Origin: Calditrichaceae bacterium | GTDB taxonomy: Bacteria; Calditrichota; Calditrichia; Calditrichales; JBFXGD01 | Length of the DNA stretch: 64,000 nt | Reading direction: 5' to 3' | NCBI GenBank assembly: GCA_050173015.1 | Contig: JBFXLE010000012.1 | Coordinates: 1 to 64,000 of the forward strand | In this document: positions 1 to 9,500 of the stretch, one piece after another | Layout of the letters: each line of letters opens with the position of its first letter | How positions within the stretch are numbered: position 1 is the first letter of the stretch | Made by a program: the position numbers and the translations under genes | Notes under the pieces: generated by a model | Told to the model about the DNA's origin: nothing | Database searches by the model: none | The model's input: only the letters and a program-made list of their open reading frames with translations

Positions 1-4
1 AAAA

Positions 5-30
5 TTTCTCAAAGGGATCCCTTTGAGAAA
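5..30. repeat. 26-bp perfect palindrome TTTCTCAAAGGGATCCCTTTGAGAAA
   Basis: Sequence equals its own reverse complement. Could be a terminator hairpin or the end of a REP/MITE-like element at the window edge. Confidence 0.8.
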
Positions 31-97
31 GGAAAAACAAAAGATATTTGTCAAGAGAAATATACCAAAATCTGTAAACCTATTTCAGGACTTGACA

Positions 98-307
98 AAG
101 TGGGAAGTAAGAAGTAGGAAGTAAGAAGTAGGAAGTAAGAAGTAGGAAGTGGGAAGTAAGAAGTAGGAAGTAAGAAGTAGGAAGTGGGAAGTAAGAAGTA
201 GGAAGTAGGAAGTAGGAAGTAAGAAGTAGGAAGTAAGAAGTAGGAAGTAGGAAGTAAGAAGTAGGAAGTAAGAAGTAGGAAGTGGGAAGTAGGAAGTAAG
301 AAGTAAG
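98..307. repeat. Heptamer tandem repeat (AAGTRRG)x30, STRR-like
   Basis: 30 contiguous 7-mers counted by hand: 14 AAGTAGG, 12 AAGTAAG, 4 AAGTGGG. Produces the spurious LPTSYFL ORFs. Confidence 0.95.
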
Positions 308-606
308 AAGTTAAGATACATGAAAAAAGATAAAAGAAAAGAGTCAGATGATGGGGGGCTGGGCCTGGCCAACTCTCCCCAACCGTCATCCTGTAAAATT
401 CTTTTGCTGACTCCGTTGATTGCGTAGTAGAACAGAAATATAATCAGGCAATACTTTGATTAAAATTTTCCGTTTCGGCCACAGCGCTGACTATCCTCCT
501 CCCTGATGAAGAGGGGAAGCATGGTTTATCAGCCCCGGGGTGGGTTAGGGAAATTCGCATAATCATAGTCATTAAAGTATGTGTTTGAATTTTTTATGAG
601 GGTTTC

Positions 607-1452
607 ATGGCGGCAGGTATTAATAAATTGACAAAAAAGGGAAAAATATTTTCGTATGTGATATTAACTATTTTTTCCTTATTTTCTATTTATCCGATTT
701 TGGTGGTTTTTTCGATTTCTTTACGTCCGGGCGACAGATTGCTCAGTAAGTCTTTGGCGATTATACCTGATAATTTTACATTTCAGACTTATGCAGATTT
801 GTTTTTGCAGCAGCCATTTCTTAGATGGATGGCAAACAGCCTGCTTGTTTCCGTTCTGGTAACCATTTTTGCTGTCACTTTGTCCGCGACGGCGGGGTAT
901 GCCTTCTCCCGTTACAAATTTAAAGGGAGAGATTCATCAATGGTTGGCTTGATTACAACGCAAATGTTCCCGGTGACAATGCTATTGCTGCCATTGTTTA
1001 TCATGCTCATTAAGATAGGAGCATATGATAGCTATCTGGGGCTAATTATCGCGTATTCTGCCACGGCGCTTCCTTTTACCATTTGGCAAATGAAGGGATA
1101 TTATGATACAATACCATACAGCCTTGAAGAATCGGCCACTATTGACGGCGCAGGGCAGTTCCGGATATTTTATCAAATTGTTCTGCCGCTTGCTTTGCCG
1201 GCGCTGGCAATCACGTCTCTCTTTTCATTCATGACGGCTTGGTCAGAATATCTGGTAGCCGCTGTGTTGATACAGGATCAGGATTTGTTTACGCTGCCGA
1301 TGGGATTGAAATTGTTTTCGTCAAATATGGAAGTCGCCTGGGGATTGTATTCCGCGGGAGCGATAATTGTGAGTATTCCTGTTGTCGTTTTGTTTATGAG
1401 TTTAAGCCGTTGGCTGGTATCAGGACTCACGTTGGGGAGTGTAAAAGGATAA
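607..1452 (+). CDS. malG: Sugar (maltodextrin) ABC transporter permease, MalG/GanQ family
   Basis: Multiple TM segments, EAA loop (LEESATIDGAG), LSRWLVSGLTLGSVKG C-terminus, adjacent to GH13 genes. Confidence 0.88.
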   Translation: MAAGINKLTKKGKIFSYVILTIFSLFSIYPILVVFSISLRPGDRLLSKSLAIIPDNFTFQTYADLFLQQPFLRWMANSLLVSVLVTIFAVTLSATAGYAFSRYKFKGRDSSMVGLITTQMFPVTMLLLPLFIMLIKIGAYDSYLGLIIAYSATALPFTIWQMKGYYDTIPYSLEESATIDGAGQFRIFYQIVLPLALPALAITSLFSFMTAWSEYLVAAVLIQDQDLFTLPMGLKLFSSNMEVAWGLYSAGAIIVSIPVVVLFMSLSRWLVSGLTLGSVKG

Positions 1453-1459
1453 TCCAAAC

Positions 1460-2623
1460 ATGAAAAGAATTAGAAAAATCACGGTTTTTGCAATTACGGG
1501 ATTATTGCTGGCTTTCATTTTTACCGCATGTGACGCTGAGCCAAAAACGGTTGGCGAATTGCTTGAAATTATGGAAAAATCTCCGTCTGAAGAAAAGGCG
1601 GAGTTACTGATCAGACGAATCAACAAAAACGATTCTTTCCCGATTGTTGAAGATTCGGGAGTATTCTTCATTTATAGCGGTAAAAGCGATTCAGCGGTTT
1701 CACTAACGGGTGATATGAATAGCTGGGATAATGAAGGCATCAGAATGTCTAGAATCGAAGGAACGGATATTTACTTTACAAAACAGTCTTATATAGAGAA
1801 TGCCCGTTTGGAATACAAATTTATCATTGACGGAAAATATATAACTGATCCGCTAAATAAGGTCACGGACATTGGGGGCTATGGTGAAAATTCTGTTCTC
1901 ATGATGCCTCTTTATGTTTTTCCAAAGAGTATACTCTACAGACAATTAGCTGTATCCGGAAAGCTTGATACTGTCAACTTTAAGAGCGATATTCTGAATA
2001 ATACCAGAAATATTTACGTCTATTCCCATCCGAAATGCGTAAAAAGCTCACCTTTGATTGTTTTTCATGATGGAAGCGATTACCTTAAATTTGGCTATAC
2101 TAAAACAATCCTGGATAACTTGATTGATGAAGGTAAAATACCCCCGCTAAATGCGCTCTTTGTAGATCCGGCAAATAGGCAGAAGGAATATTGGATTAAT
2201 GATAACTATCTGAAAATGATTTTCAGGGAATTGCTGCCTTATGTGTTAAAAAAATATGACTTAAATCCATCACAGACAGGGATGGTTGGGGCCTCGCTCG
2301 GGGGATTGATATCTTTTTACGCGTTAAAAGATTATGGGCATAAATTAAATTTTGTTTATTCACAATCCGGCGCGTTTTGGGTTGAAGACGAGGCGATCCT
2401 GAAAGAAATCTCGGAATTTTCTGAAATTAACACAAAAATATATTTTGACTATGGAAGTTTTGAAAGGGTCGATGAGTCACATAAAAACATTTTCGATGCC
2501 TTAAACAAACATGGAATCCGATATTCTTCCAGAGTTTACAATGAAGGACACAATTGGGGTAACTGGAGAGCGCATCTCGGTTTAATCCTTCAGGATATCT
2601 TAAAGGAGGAAAGTAAAAATTGA
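1460..2623 (+). CDS. Lipoprotein with CBM48/E-set domain and Fes-like alpha/beta hydrolase (esterase)
   Basis: Lipobox AFIFTAC; VSLTGDMNSW...EYKFIIDG...DPLN E-set signature; GASLGG nucleophile elbow; GHNWGNW His motif. Confidence 0.8.
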   Translation: MKRIRKITVFAITGLLLAFIFTACDAEPKTVGELLEIMEKSPSEEKAELLIRRINKNDSFPIVEDSGVFFIYSGKSDSAVSLTGDMNSWDNEGIRMSRIEGTDIYFTKQSYIENARLEYKFIIDGKYITDPLNKVTDIGGYGENSVLMMPLYVFPKSILYRQLAVSGKLDTVNFKSDILNNTRNIYVYSHPKCVKSSPLIVFHDGSDYLKFGYTKTILDNLIDEGKIPPLNALFVDPANRQKEYWINDNYLKMIFRELLPYVLKKYDLNPSQTGMVGASLGGLISFYALKDYGHKLNFVYSQSGAFWVEDEAILKEISEFSEINTKIYFDYGSFERVDESHKNIFDALNKHGIRYSSRVYNEGHNWGNWRAHLGLILQDILKEESKN

Positions 2624-3480
2624 TGCAATTTGAAGACATGGCAAATCGAATTAAACGACTGGGATTTACAACTTATGAAGCAAAAGCTTATATTTCCCTT
2701 CTTCAGCAGAATCCCGTTACACGTTATGAATTAAGTAAAAATTCAGGTGTTCCCAGGTCAGCTATTTATGACGTCATCAGAAAGCTCGAGACACTTGGTG
2801 CGGTGAACGGTATGTACACGGAACCTGAAAAATACGTACCGCTTCCCCCGGATCAATTGTTTGATCTTCTTGAGCGTCAGTTCGTAGAAAAAGTAAATGA
2901 AGCAAAAGGCGCTTTAAAAAATTTTGACACCAGTATCGAGCCGGGACATTTATGGAATATCGTCGGGTATAAAAATATGCTCCACAAGGCGAGAGAAATG
3001 ATTACTCGCGCCGAGAGTTCAATCTATTTGTCTATTTGGAAAAGAGAATGCCGTCTGCTTGGACCTGATCTGAAAGAAGCCGCTAAACGGGGAGTAAAAA
3101 TCATCGCGTTTTCATTTACTCCATTGGAGTTGGATCTTGCAGAGGTATACAGCTATAATATTTCGGAAAAGGAACTGGAGAAAATCTGGGATCATAAGAT
3201 GATTCTGGTCGTCGATCAGGCAGAATTGTTGATGGGAGAAGCGGATAACCGCATTTCAAAAAAAACGGCATGGACGGGTAATACGGCGATTGTCGATATC
3301 GCCACTAATCATATTATTCTGGATATCACATTGTTCGGAATGAGACAAAGTGTGGACGTTGGCAATACGGTATCATCGATGCAGAAAGATAATTTTAACA
3401 ACCTGGATGAACTTCTGAAACAGATGGTACATAATCATCTGAGAATCCAGACGGGTAATATAAAGGAAAAAAGAAGTTAA
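2620..3480 (+). CDS. TrmB-family sugar-sensing transcriptional regulator
   Basis: LGFTTYEAKAYISLL...SGVPRSAIYDVIRKL N-terminal wHTH plus TrmB C-terminal domain. Confidence 0.88.
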   Translation: MMQFEDMANRIKRLGFTTYEAKAYISLLQQNPVTRYELSKNSGVPRSAIYDVIRKLETLGAVNGMYTEPEKYVPLPPDQLFDLLERQFVEKVNEAKGALKNFDTSIEPGHLWNIVGYKNMLHKAREMITRAESSIYLSIWKRECRLLGPDLKEAAKRGVKIIAFSFTPLELDLAEVYSYNISEKELEKIWDHKMILVVDQAELLMGEADNRISKKTAWTGNTAIVDIATNHIILDITLFGMRQSVDVGNTVSSMQKDNFNNLDELLKQMVHNHLRIQTGNIKEKRS

Positions 3481-3492
3481 AAAAGGATCATC

Positions 3493-4845
3493 ATGGATGA
3501 GATAATACGGGCTCAATTCACTTCTATCGTCGAAAAAATCGAAGACATTGGTATCGAGCGCCGGTTTATTAATTTATCCGGATATCCCGGCCCTGAATAC
3601 GCCGACTGGCTACAGGGTGAATCATTGTATGAAATATATCCCCGAGCTTTTTCAGAGTCCGGCACATTTAAAGATATCACCCAATCATTGCCTCGTTTAA
3701 AAGAATTCGGTCTGCAATTTTTATGGCTTATGCCCATTTATCCGATTGGATTAGAAAAAAGAAAAGGTTCCGCCGGTTCTCCTTACGCGGTTCGTGATTA
3801 TTTTACGGTAAATCCCGAATATGGTACAGAACAGGATTTCTCAAGCCTGGTACAGGCAGCGCACGCTCTTAACATGAAAATAATTATTGATATGGTACCC
3901 AATCATGTTGCTCCTGATTATAATGAATTGGATAAGAATTCTGATATTATAATAATGGATGCTGATGGAAAGCCAACCAGAAAACACGCCGCATGGACAG
4001 ATGTGGTTGATTTTAATTATGACAAGCCGGAAACGAGAAACCATGTTCTAAATATTATGCGTTTCTGGATTGAAAAATATGGTATAGACGGCTATCGTGT
4101 CGATGTGGCCGGAATGGTACCCTTGTCGTTCTGGGAATGGGCGGTGCCGCAATTAAAAGAGATTAAGCGGGATTTGTTTCTTCTTGCGGAATGGGAAAGT
4201 CCCTATCTTCATAAAACCGCGTTTAACAGCACTTACGACTGGACTCTTTACGAATGGATGATCAAGGTTCACAGCGAAAACGCGCCGGTCGAAACCTTGT
4301 TGGAATGGGTCCGGATAAAAGCCAAAACCTATCCTCAGAATAGCCTGCCGTTGCGTTTTATCGAAAATCATGATAAACCAAGAGCAGCAGTCCTTTTTAA
4401 AGATGAAGCAATTTTCGCGTATCTGACTTTCATTTTCGCGCTGGATGGCATTCCTCTGCTCTATAACGGACAAGAAATCGGCGCGGTAGCGTATTCGTCA
4501 CTCTTTGAAAAAGAGCCGGTAGATTGGAATTCCGTTCATGTTGAACTTAGGGATGTTTACAAAAAACTGATCACTCTCAGGAGGAAAGAAGCGGCGCTTT
4601 ATTCCAAACAATATTCATACCCGGAACATTCCGCAAAAAATGATGTTGTGGTATTTATGAAATCAGCCGGAGAAAACCTGATCGTTCTCATAAATTTCCG
4701 GAACACATTTAAAGAAATAAATCTTGATGTCGAATTTATAAAGAAAGTGTCTGACGGGAATATCATATTTAATACAAAAAACAAAATTACCGTAAATGAG
4801 AATAAATTAACCCTGGAGCCATACCAGGCGGTAATCATTAAATAA
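3493..4845 (+). CDS. Cytoplasmic GH13 alpha-amylase/cyclomaltodextrinase-like glycosidase
   Basis: GH13 regions DMVPNH, GYRVDVA, LLAEW, FIENHD; no signal peptide. Confidence 0.9.
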   Translation: MDEIIRAQFTSIVEKIEDIGIERRFINLSGYPGPEYADWLQGESLYEIYPRAFSESGTFKDITQSLPRLKEFGLQFLWLMPIYPIGLEKRKGSAGSPYAVRDYFTVNPEYGTEQDFSSLVQAAHALNMKIIIDMVPNHVAPDYNELDKNSDIIIMDADGKPTRKHAAWTDVVDFNYDKPETRNHVLNIMRFWIEKYGIDGYRVDVAGMVPLSFWEWAVPQLKEIKRDLFLLAEWESPYLHKTAFNSTYDWTLYEWMIKVHSENAPVETLLEWVRIKAKTYPQNSLPLRFIENHDKPRAAVLFKDEAIFAYLTFIFALDGIPLLYNGQEIGAVAYSSLFEKEPVDWNSVHVELRDVYKKLITLRRKEAALYSKQYSYPEHSAKNDVVVFMKSAGENLIVLINFRNTFKEINLDVEFIKKVSDGNIIFNTKNKITVNENKLTLEPYQAVIIK

Positions 4846-4906
4846 TAATATTTTAATAGCGCTGACTAAAAGAAAGTTAAATCAATTATGATAAGGACAT
4901 CATATA

Positions 4907-7786
4907 ATGCGTAAGATTTTATACATACTAACACTATTGGTAACGGTTTCGCCGGTATTTGGAGAAATCATCACGTCAACTCCCGCTTACCCGATGGCGA
5001 CCGATTCGATTGTCGTCATTTATAACGCGGCGGAAGGCAATCTTGGTCTTAAGGATTATACCGGAGATGTGTACGCGCACACCGGTTTGATTACTGAACT
5101 GAGTACAAGCCCGAGTGATTGGTTATATGTAAAAACCAATTGGGGGGAGAATACGTCGGAAACAAAAATGACGCCGCTGGGCAATAATTTATGGAAATTG
5201 ACTATTGGTCATATAGATCAGTATTACGGTGTCAATCTCGCGCAGGAGAAGGTGCTGCAACTGGCTTTTGTGTTCAGGAGCGCCTCATCACCCTATAAAG
5301 AGGGTAAAGATGTCGGGAACGCGGATATATTCCTTGATTTGTATGATAAGGGAATTACCGTCCAAATGCTTGAACCCGGTGTCAGTGTCATCTATGGTCT
5401 CCCGGAAAGGTCACCGGTTTTTCTGGAAGAAAATGAGTCGCTTCAGATAAATGCCACAGCCGCTACTATCGAGACACAACTTGCTGAACTGAGGTTATAT
5501 TCAAACGGTAGCTTGATGGATAGTACGCCAGATGATACGCTTAAATGCCCTATTCAGGGGAATCAATTGGCTACCGGAATGAATTATCTTTCGGTGGTTG
5601 CCGTTGACACATCCGGCATCATTGATTCACTTGCTTTCAGTGTAATGCTTAATCCTCCGGTTGCAGAGGCTATCCGTCCAGCCGGAATTAAAGAGGGCAT
5701 TAATTATATCGATGACAACACGGTATCGCTTTCCATTTTCGCGCCGTATAAGCAGTTTATTTATGTCGTCGGGGATTTTAATGACTGGAAAGTTGATGAA
5801 GCGTATATGATGAATCGGGAGACCGTTGATAACGATTCTGTTTATTATTGGCTGACACTGGACGGATTGACACCCGATCAGGAATACGCGTTTCAGTATC
5901 TGGTTGATGGTGAAATACGAATAGCTGATCCTTATACTGATAAAGTACTGGATCCATGGAATGATGGATATATCACAGATGAAACATATCCCGATTTGAA
6001 AGCCTACCCGGCAGGCAAGACAAGCGAAATTGTATCGGTTTTGCAGACAGGACAGAGTGAATATTCCTGGCAGGTAAATGATTTTCAAAGACCTGCGCCG
6101 GAAGGACTGATAATTTATGAATTACTGTTACGGGATTTTTTAGGAACGCACAACTATAAAACTCTTACCGATACGCTTGACTATCTTCAGCGGCTGGGAG
6201 TCAGTGCTGTTGAGCTGATGCCGGTATCAGAGTTTGAAAACAACGAAAGCTGGGGATACAATCCGTCGTTTTATTTCGCTCCCGATAAGTATTACGGTAC
6301 AAAAGACGATTTTAAGAGATTCATTGATGAATGCCATAGCCGGGGAATTGCTGTGATCATGGATATGGTATTGAATCATTCATATGGACAGTCACCGTTT
6401 GTCAGATTGTATAATGAGGGTAATTACGGGCAACCCACGCCGGAGAACCCATGGTACAATGTGACCTCACCTAACACAACATATTCCTGGGGATACGATT
6501 TTAATCATGAGAGTCCCGCTACGAAAAAACTTGTTGACAGAATAAATCGATACTGGCTGACGGAATATAATATCGACGGCTTTCGGTTCGATTTCACAAA
6601 AGGTTTCACCAACAAGTCCGGAGACGGCTGGTATTACGACGCATCGAGGATCAATATTCTGAAACGGATGGCCGATCAGATCTGGTTGGCTAAAAGTGAT
6701 GCCTATGTCATTCTGGAACATTTTGCGGAAAATTCGGAAGAGAAAGAATTATCCAATTACGGAATGATGATTTGGGGGAACAGCAATTATAATTATAATG
6801 AAGCTACGATGGGGTGGAACAGTAATTCGGATTTTAAGTGGGGATACTATGAAGAACGCGGATGGACCAATCCAACCCTCGTAACTTACATGGAAAGCCA
6901 TGATGAAGAACGGCTAATGTATAAAAATCTTGCATACGGCAATAGTTATGGAGATTATAATATTCAAGAATTGTCAACCGCGTTAAACAGAATCAAACTG
7001 GCCGCGGCATTTTTTATAACGTTACCCGGACCCAAAATGATCTGGCAGTTTGGCGAACTGGGATACGATTATTCCATTGATTTTAACGGCAGGGTAGGTA
7101 ATAAGCCGATTCGATGGGATTATTGTCAAGACCAGGATCGGGCAAATCTATATAAAACATATGCAGCCTTGATTAAACTCAGAAAGGAAAATGAAGTATT
7201 CACAAGCGCGAATACCTCTGCATCCTATCTGCTTTCCGGCGCGGGAAAAAGAATTAATCTGACTCACAGCACAATGAACGCGACGATTATTGGAAATTTT
7301 GGCGTCGCGCCGCTCACAGTGACACCAAGTTTTCAGACTACCGGCATATGGTATGATTATTTTTCAGGTGACAGCATTGATGTGCTGAGCACCTCCGCCG
7401 GAATCAGTTTGCAGCCGGGTGAATTTCGCATTTATACAACTAATAAAATTGAAACACCCGAGCAGGGGATTATTTCGGCTATCACGGACGACACACCTGT
7501 GTATCCGGTAAGTTTTTCACTTGAACAAAATTACCCAAATCCGTTTAATCCGGCGACAACCATTGAGTATCATATTGAGAGCGCCTCCGATGTCGCCATA
7601 GTGATTTATGATATTCTGGGAAGACGCGTTCAAACGCTGGTGAATGAGAAGAAAAATGCCGGTGTGTATAAAGTTGACTGGAACGGTCTGGATCAGGCGG
7701 GTAATAAGGTGGCCAGCGGTGTATATTTTTACAGATTGAATGCCGGTGATAAATCATTTGTCCGAAAAATGGTAATGATTGAATAA
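4907..7786 (+). CDS. Secreted GH13 alpha-amylase/branching-enzyme-like protein with CBM48 and C-terminal FlgD-Ig/T9SS-type sorting domain
   Basis: Signal peptide; DMVLNH, GFRFDF, ILEH, YMESHDE; C-terminal QNYPNPFNP...SGVYFYRL. Confidence 0.9.
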   Translation: MRKILYILTLLVTVSPVFGEIITSTPAYPMATDSIVVIYNAAEGNLGLKDYTGDVYAHTGLITELSTSPSDWLYVKTNWGENTSETKMTPLGNNLWKLTIGHIDQYYGVNLAQEKVLQLAFVFRSASSPYKEGKDVGNADIFLDLYDKGITVQMLEPGVSVIYGLPERSPVFLEENESLQINATAATIETQLAELRLYSNGSLMDSTPDDTLKCPIQGNQLATGMNYLSVVAVDTSGIIDSLAFSVMLNPPVAEAIRPAGIKEGINYIDDNTVSLSIFAPYKQFIYVVGDFNDWKVDEAYMMNRETVDNDSVYYWLTLDGLTPDQEYAFQYLVDGEIRIADPYTDKVLDPWNDGYITDETYPDLKAYPAGKTSEIVSVLQTGQSEYSWQVNDFQRPAPEGLIIYELLLRDFLGTHNYKTLTDTLDYLQRLGVSAVELMPVSEFENNESWGYNPSFYFAPDKYYGTKDDFKRFIDECHSRGIAVIMDMVLNHSYGQSPFVRLYNEGNYGQPTPENPWYNVTSPNTTYSWGYDFNHESPATKKLVDRINRYWLTEYNIDGFRFDFTKGFTNKSGDGWYYDASRINILKRMADQIWLAKSDAYVILEHFAENSEEKELSNYGMMIWGNSNYNYNEATMGWNSNSDFKWGYYEERGWTNPTLVTYMESHDEERLMYKNLAYGNSYGDYNIQELSTALNRIKLAAAFFITLPGPKMIWQFGELGYDYSIDFNGRVGNKPIRWDYCQDQDRANLYKTYAALIKLRKENEVFTSANTSASYLLSGAGKRINLTHSTMNATIIGNFGVAPLTVTPSFQTTGIWYDYFSGDSIDVLSTSAGISLQPGEFRIYTTNKIETPEQGIISAITDDTPVYPVSFSLEQNYPNPFNPATTIEYHIESASDVAIVIYDILGRRVQTLVNEKKNAGVYKVDWNGLDQAGNKVASGVYFYRLNAGDKSFVRKMVMIE

Positions 7787-7811
7787 GATAATAGTTTTCA
7801 ATAAAATTATT

Positions 7812-7845
7812 AAACGGAGTCTGTATCGCGGATTCCGTTTTTTTT
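7812..7845 (+). terminator. Intrinsic terminator after the maltodextrin locus
   Basis: Stem AAACGGAGTCTG/CGGATTCCGTTT followed by a T run. Confidence 0.75.
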
Positions 7846-7941
7846 ATTTAAATTCTTATAGAATCCTTTTCAGGTCAAATATTGCTATAAGTGATTGTTT
7901 TTTATATTATTCATGAACTGGAAATCAAAGGATCTTAATAC

Positions 7942-8343
7942 ATGTCTATAATCGGAAATTGGGAACTGAGAGAAGTTTTTGATGATATTATATTAGGCCG
8001 CGGAGTAAAACGCTACATACATGATCTCGAATACGATCATAATATCTACGCCGAGCTATTTATTGAGCGATTACAGGTGCATAGATTTCGTCCGGTACCA
8101 ATGAAGGATATCAGGATAGAAGTGGGTTTGCGTGTCCCGGGATTCTACATTCTGGGAAAAACCGCTATTTTCGGGCATGTGTTCTGGGAAGTGTTTTCTG
8201 ATCAAAAGAAACGCAAAATTTGGGGTTCTGTCGTCAGGAATGATAAAGGCGACTGGAAATATATCCTTCCGGGTATCAGCGCGAAAATTGTGTTTGTAAA
8301 TTTGAATCAGCGTGAAGAAATTGATATTTACCATCTCACCTAG
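7942..8343 (+). CDS. Hypothetical protein (133 aa)
   Basis: ORF with upstream AAGGA; no family recognised. Confidence 0.65.
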   Translation: MSIIGNWELREVFDDIILGRGVKRYIHDLEYDHNIYAELFIERLQVHRFRPVPMKDIRIEVGLRVPGFYILGKTAIFGHVFWEVFSDQKKRKIWGSVVRNDKGDWKYILPGISAKIVFVNLNQREEIDIYHLT

Positions 8344-8447
8344 CCCCCTCTAGATTTAATTGTTCGTAATAAATATTAATTCTTTAGAATAAAATACACC
8401 CGTTAGGTTGTTTTACATTGAAACAGTAATTCGCTAATGGATGATTT

Positions 8448-8897
8448 ATGAATATTTATCGATTATTCCGCGGTCAAATAACAAAAAATTTAATTCCCCT
8501 AATTATGGGTGTAGTGTCGATTTTCGTTTTCACCATGTCCTGCGCTGATCAGATTACAAGTGACTCTGCTGATGAAAATTTAATCGTAAACGCTTCATTT
8601 CCGGATATTCAGGATAAAGTATTTAGCCCGACATGCGCTGTCAGCGGATGCCACGTATCCGTGATGCATGAATCCGGTATGAACCTGAGCGCCGGGGCAG
8701 CCTATGAAAATCTTGTTGATGTGGTCAGCCGGGGTAATCCTCAGTTAAAGAGAGTGGAACCGGGTAACAGCCAGCAAAGCTATCTGATCAGAAAGCTGAC
8801 CGGGAACAATACTGCCGTGATGCCTCCGGCCGGTAAGTTAAACAGCTCGGTAATCGACTCCATTGCCGCATGGATCGATGCGGGAGCCCTGCCTTAA
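8448..8897 (+). CDS. Putative c-type-cytochrome-like lipoprotein (CxxxxCH, distal Met)
   Basis: Lipobox FTMSC; CAVSGCH; SYLIRKL...MPP...IAAWIDAGA. Start may be downstream. Confidence 0.7.
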   Translation: MNIYRLFRGQITKNLIPLIMGVVSIFVFTMSCADQITSDSADENLIVNASFPDIQDKVFSPTCAVSGCHVSVMHESGMNLSAGAAYENLVDVVSRGNPQLKRVEPGNSQQSYLIRKLTGNNTAVMPPAGKLNSSVIDSIAAWIDAGALP

Positions 8898-8924
8898 CGT
8901 TAACATCATCTATAGGAGACAGCA

Positions 8925-9500
8925 GTGAAGATATTAAATATTGTCGCGCTGATGTGCATTTTATCCACGGTAGCCTTTGCTGCCGAATTCCAGGTTGATA
9001 AGAGCAGCAAAAACCTCGTAAAGTTTATTTCAGACGCTCCTTTGGAAGACTTTGAAGGAAAAACTGATAAAATTGACGGATATATCTTTTGGGAGGGAGA
9101 TGATCTCACAAACAAAAGCGAAATCTATTTCGAAGTTGATCTGAAGTCCATTGATACCGGAATAGGACTTCGCAACCGTCACATGCGTGAGAATTATCTC
9201 CATACAGATAAATATCCCATCACACACTATAAAGGAATGATAACCCGCGCGGAGAAAACAGATGGTGAAAATTTTAATGTTGTAACAGAAGGAACCATAT
9301 TTATTCATGGCGTGGAACGCAAGTTAACCGCAAGCGGAGAAATCGTCAATACCGGTGAAAACGGGTATCAGATCATTACAAAATTTGAAGTAAAACTTCC
9401 TGATTTTAATATCGAAGTCCCGCAATTGATGTTTATGAAAATTAATGAAGTAATAAAGCTGGAACTGACTTTTTTTGTAAAATTAAATGATACAAACTAA
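8925..9500 (+). CDS. YceI-family lipid/polyisoprenoid-binding protein
   Basis: Signal peptide; VDLKSIDTGIGLRNRHM YceI motif. Confidence 0.85.
   Translation: MKILNIVALMCILSTVAFAAEFQVDKSSKNLVKFISDAPLEDFEGKTDKIDGYIFWEGDDLTNKSEIYFEVDLKSIDTGIGLRNRHMRENYLHTDKYPITHYKGMITRAEKTDGENFNVVTEGTIFIHGVERKLTASGEIVNTGENGYQIITKFEVKLPDFNIEVPQLMFMKINEVIKLELTFFVKLNDTN

Noticed and set aside
98-307. Possible CRISPR array
   Set aside because: Contiguous 7-mers with no unique spacers, and no cas genes in the window.
51-389. ORFs 51..389 and 85..372 (LPTSYFL repeats)
   Set aside because: Translations of the heptamer array; low complexity and no evidence of coding.
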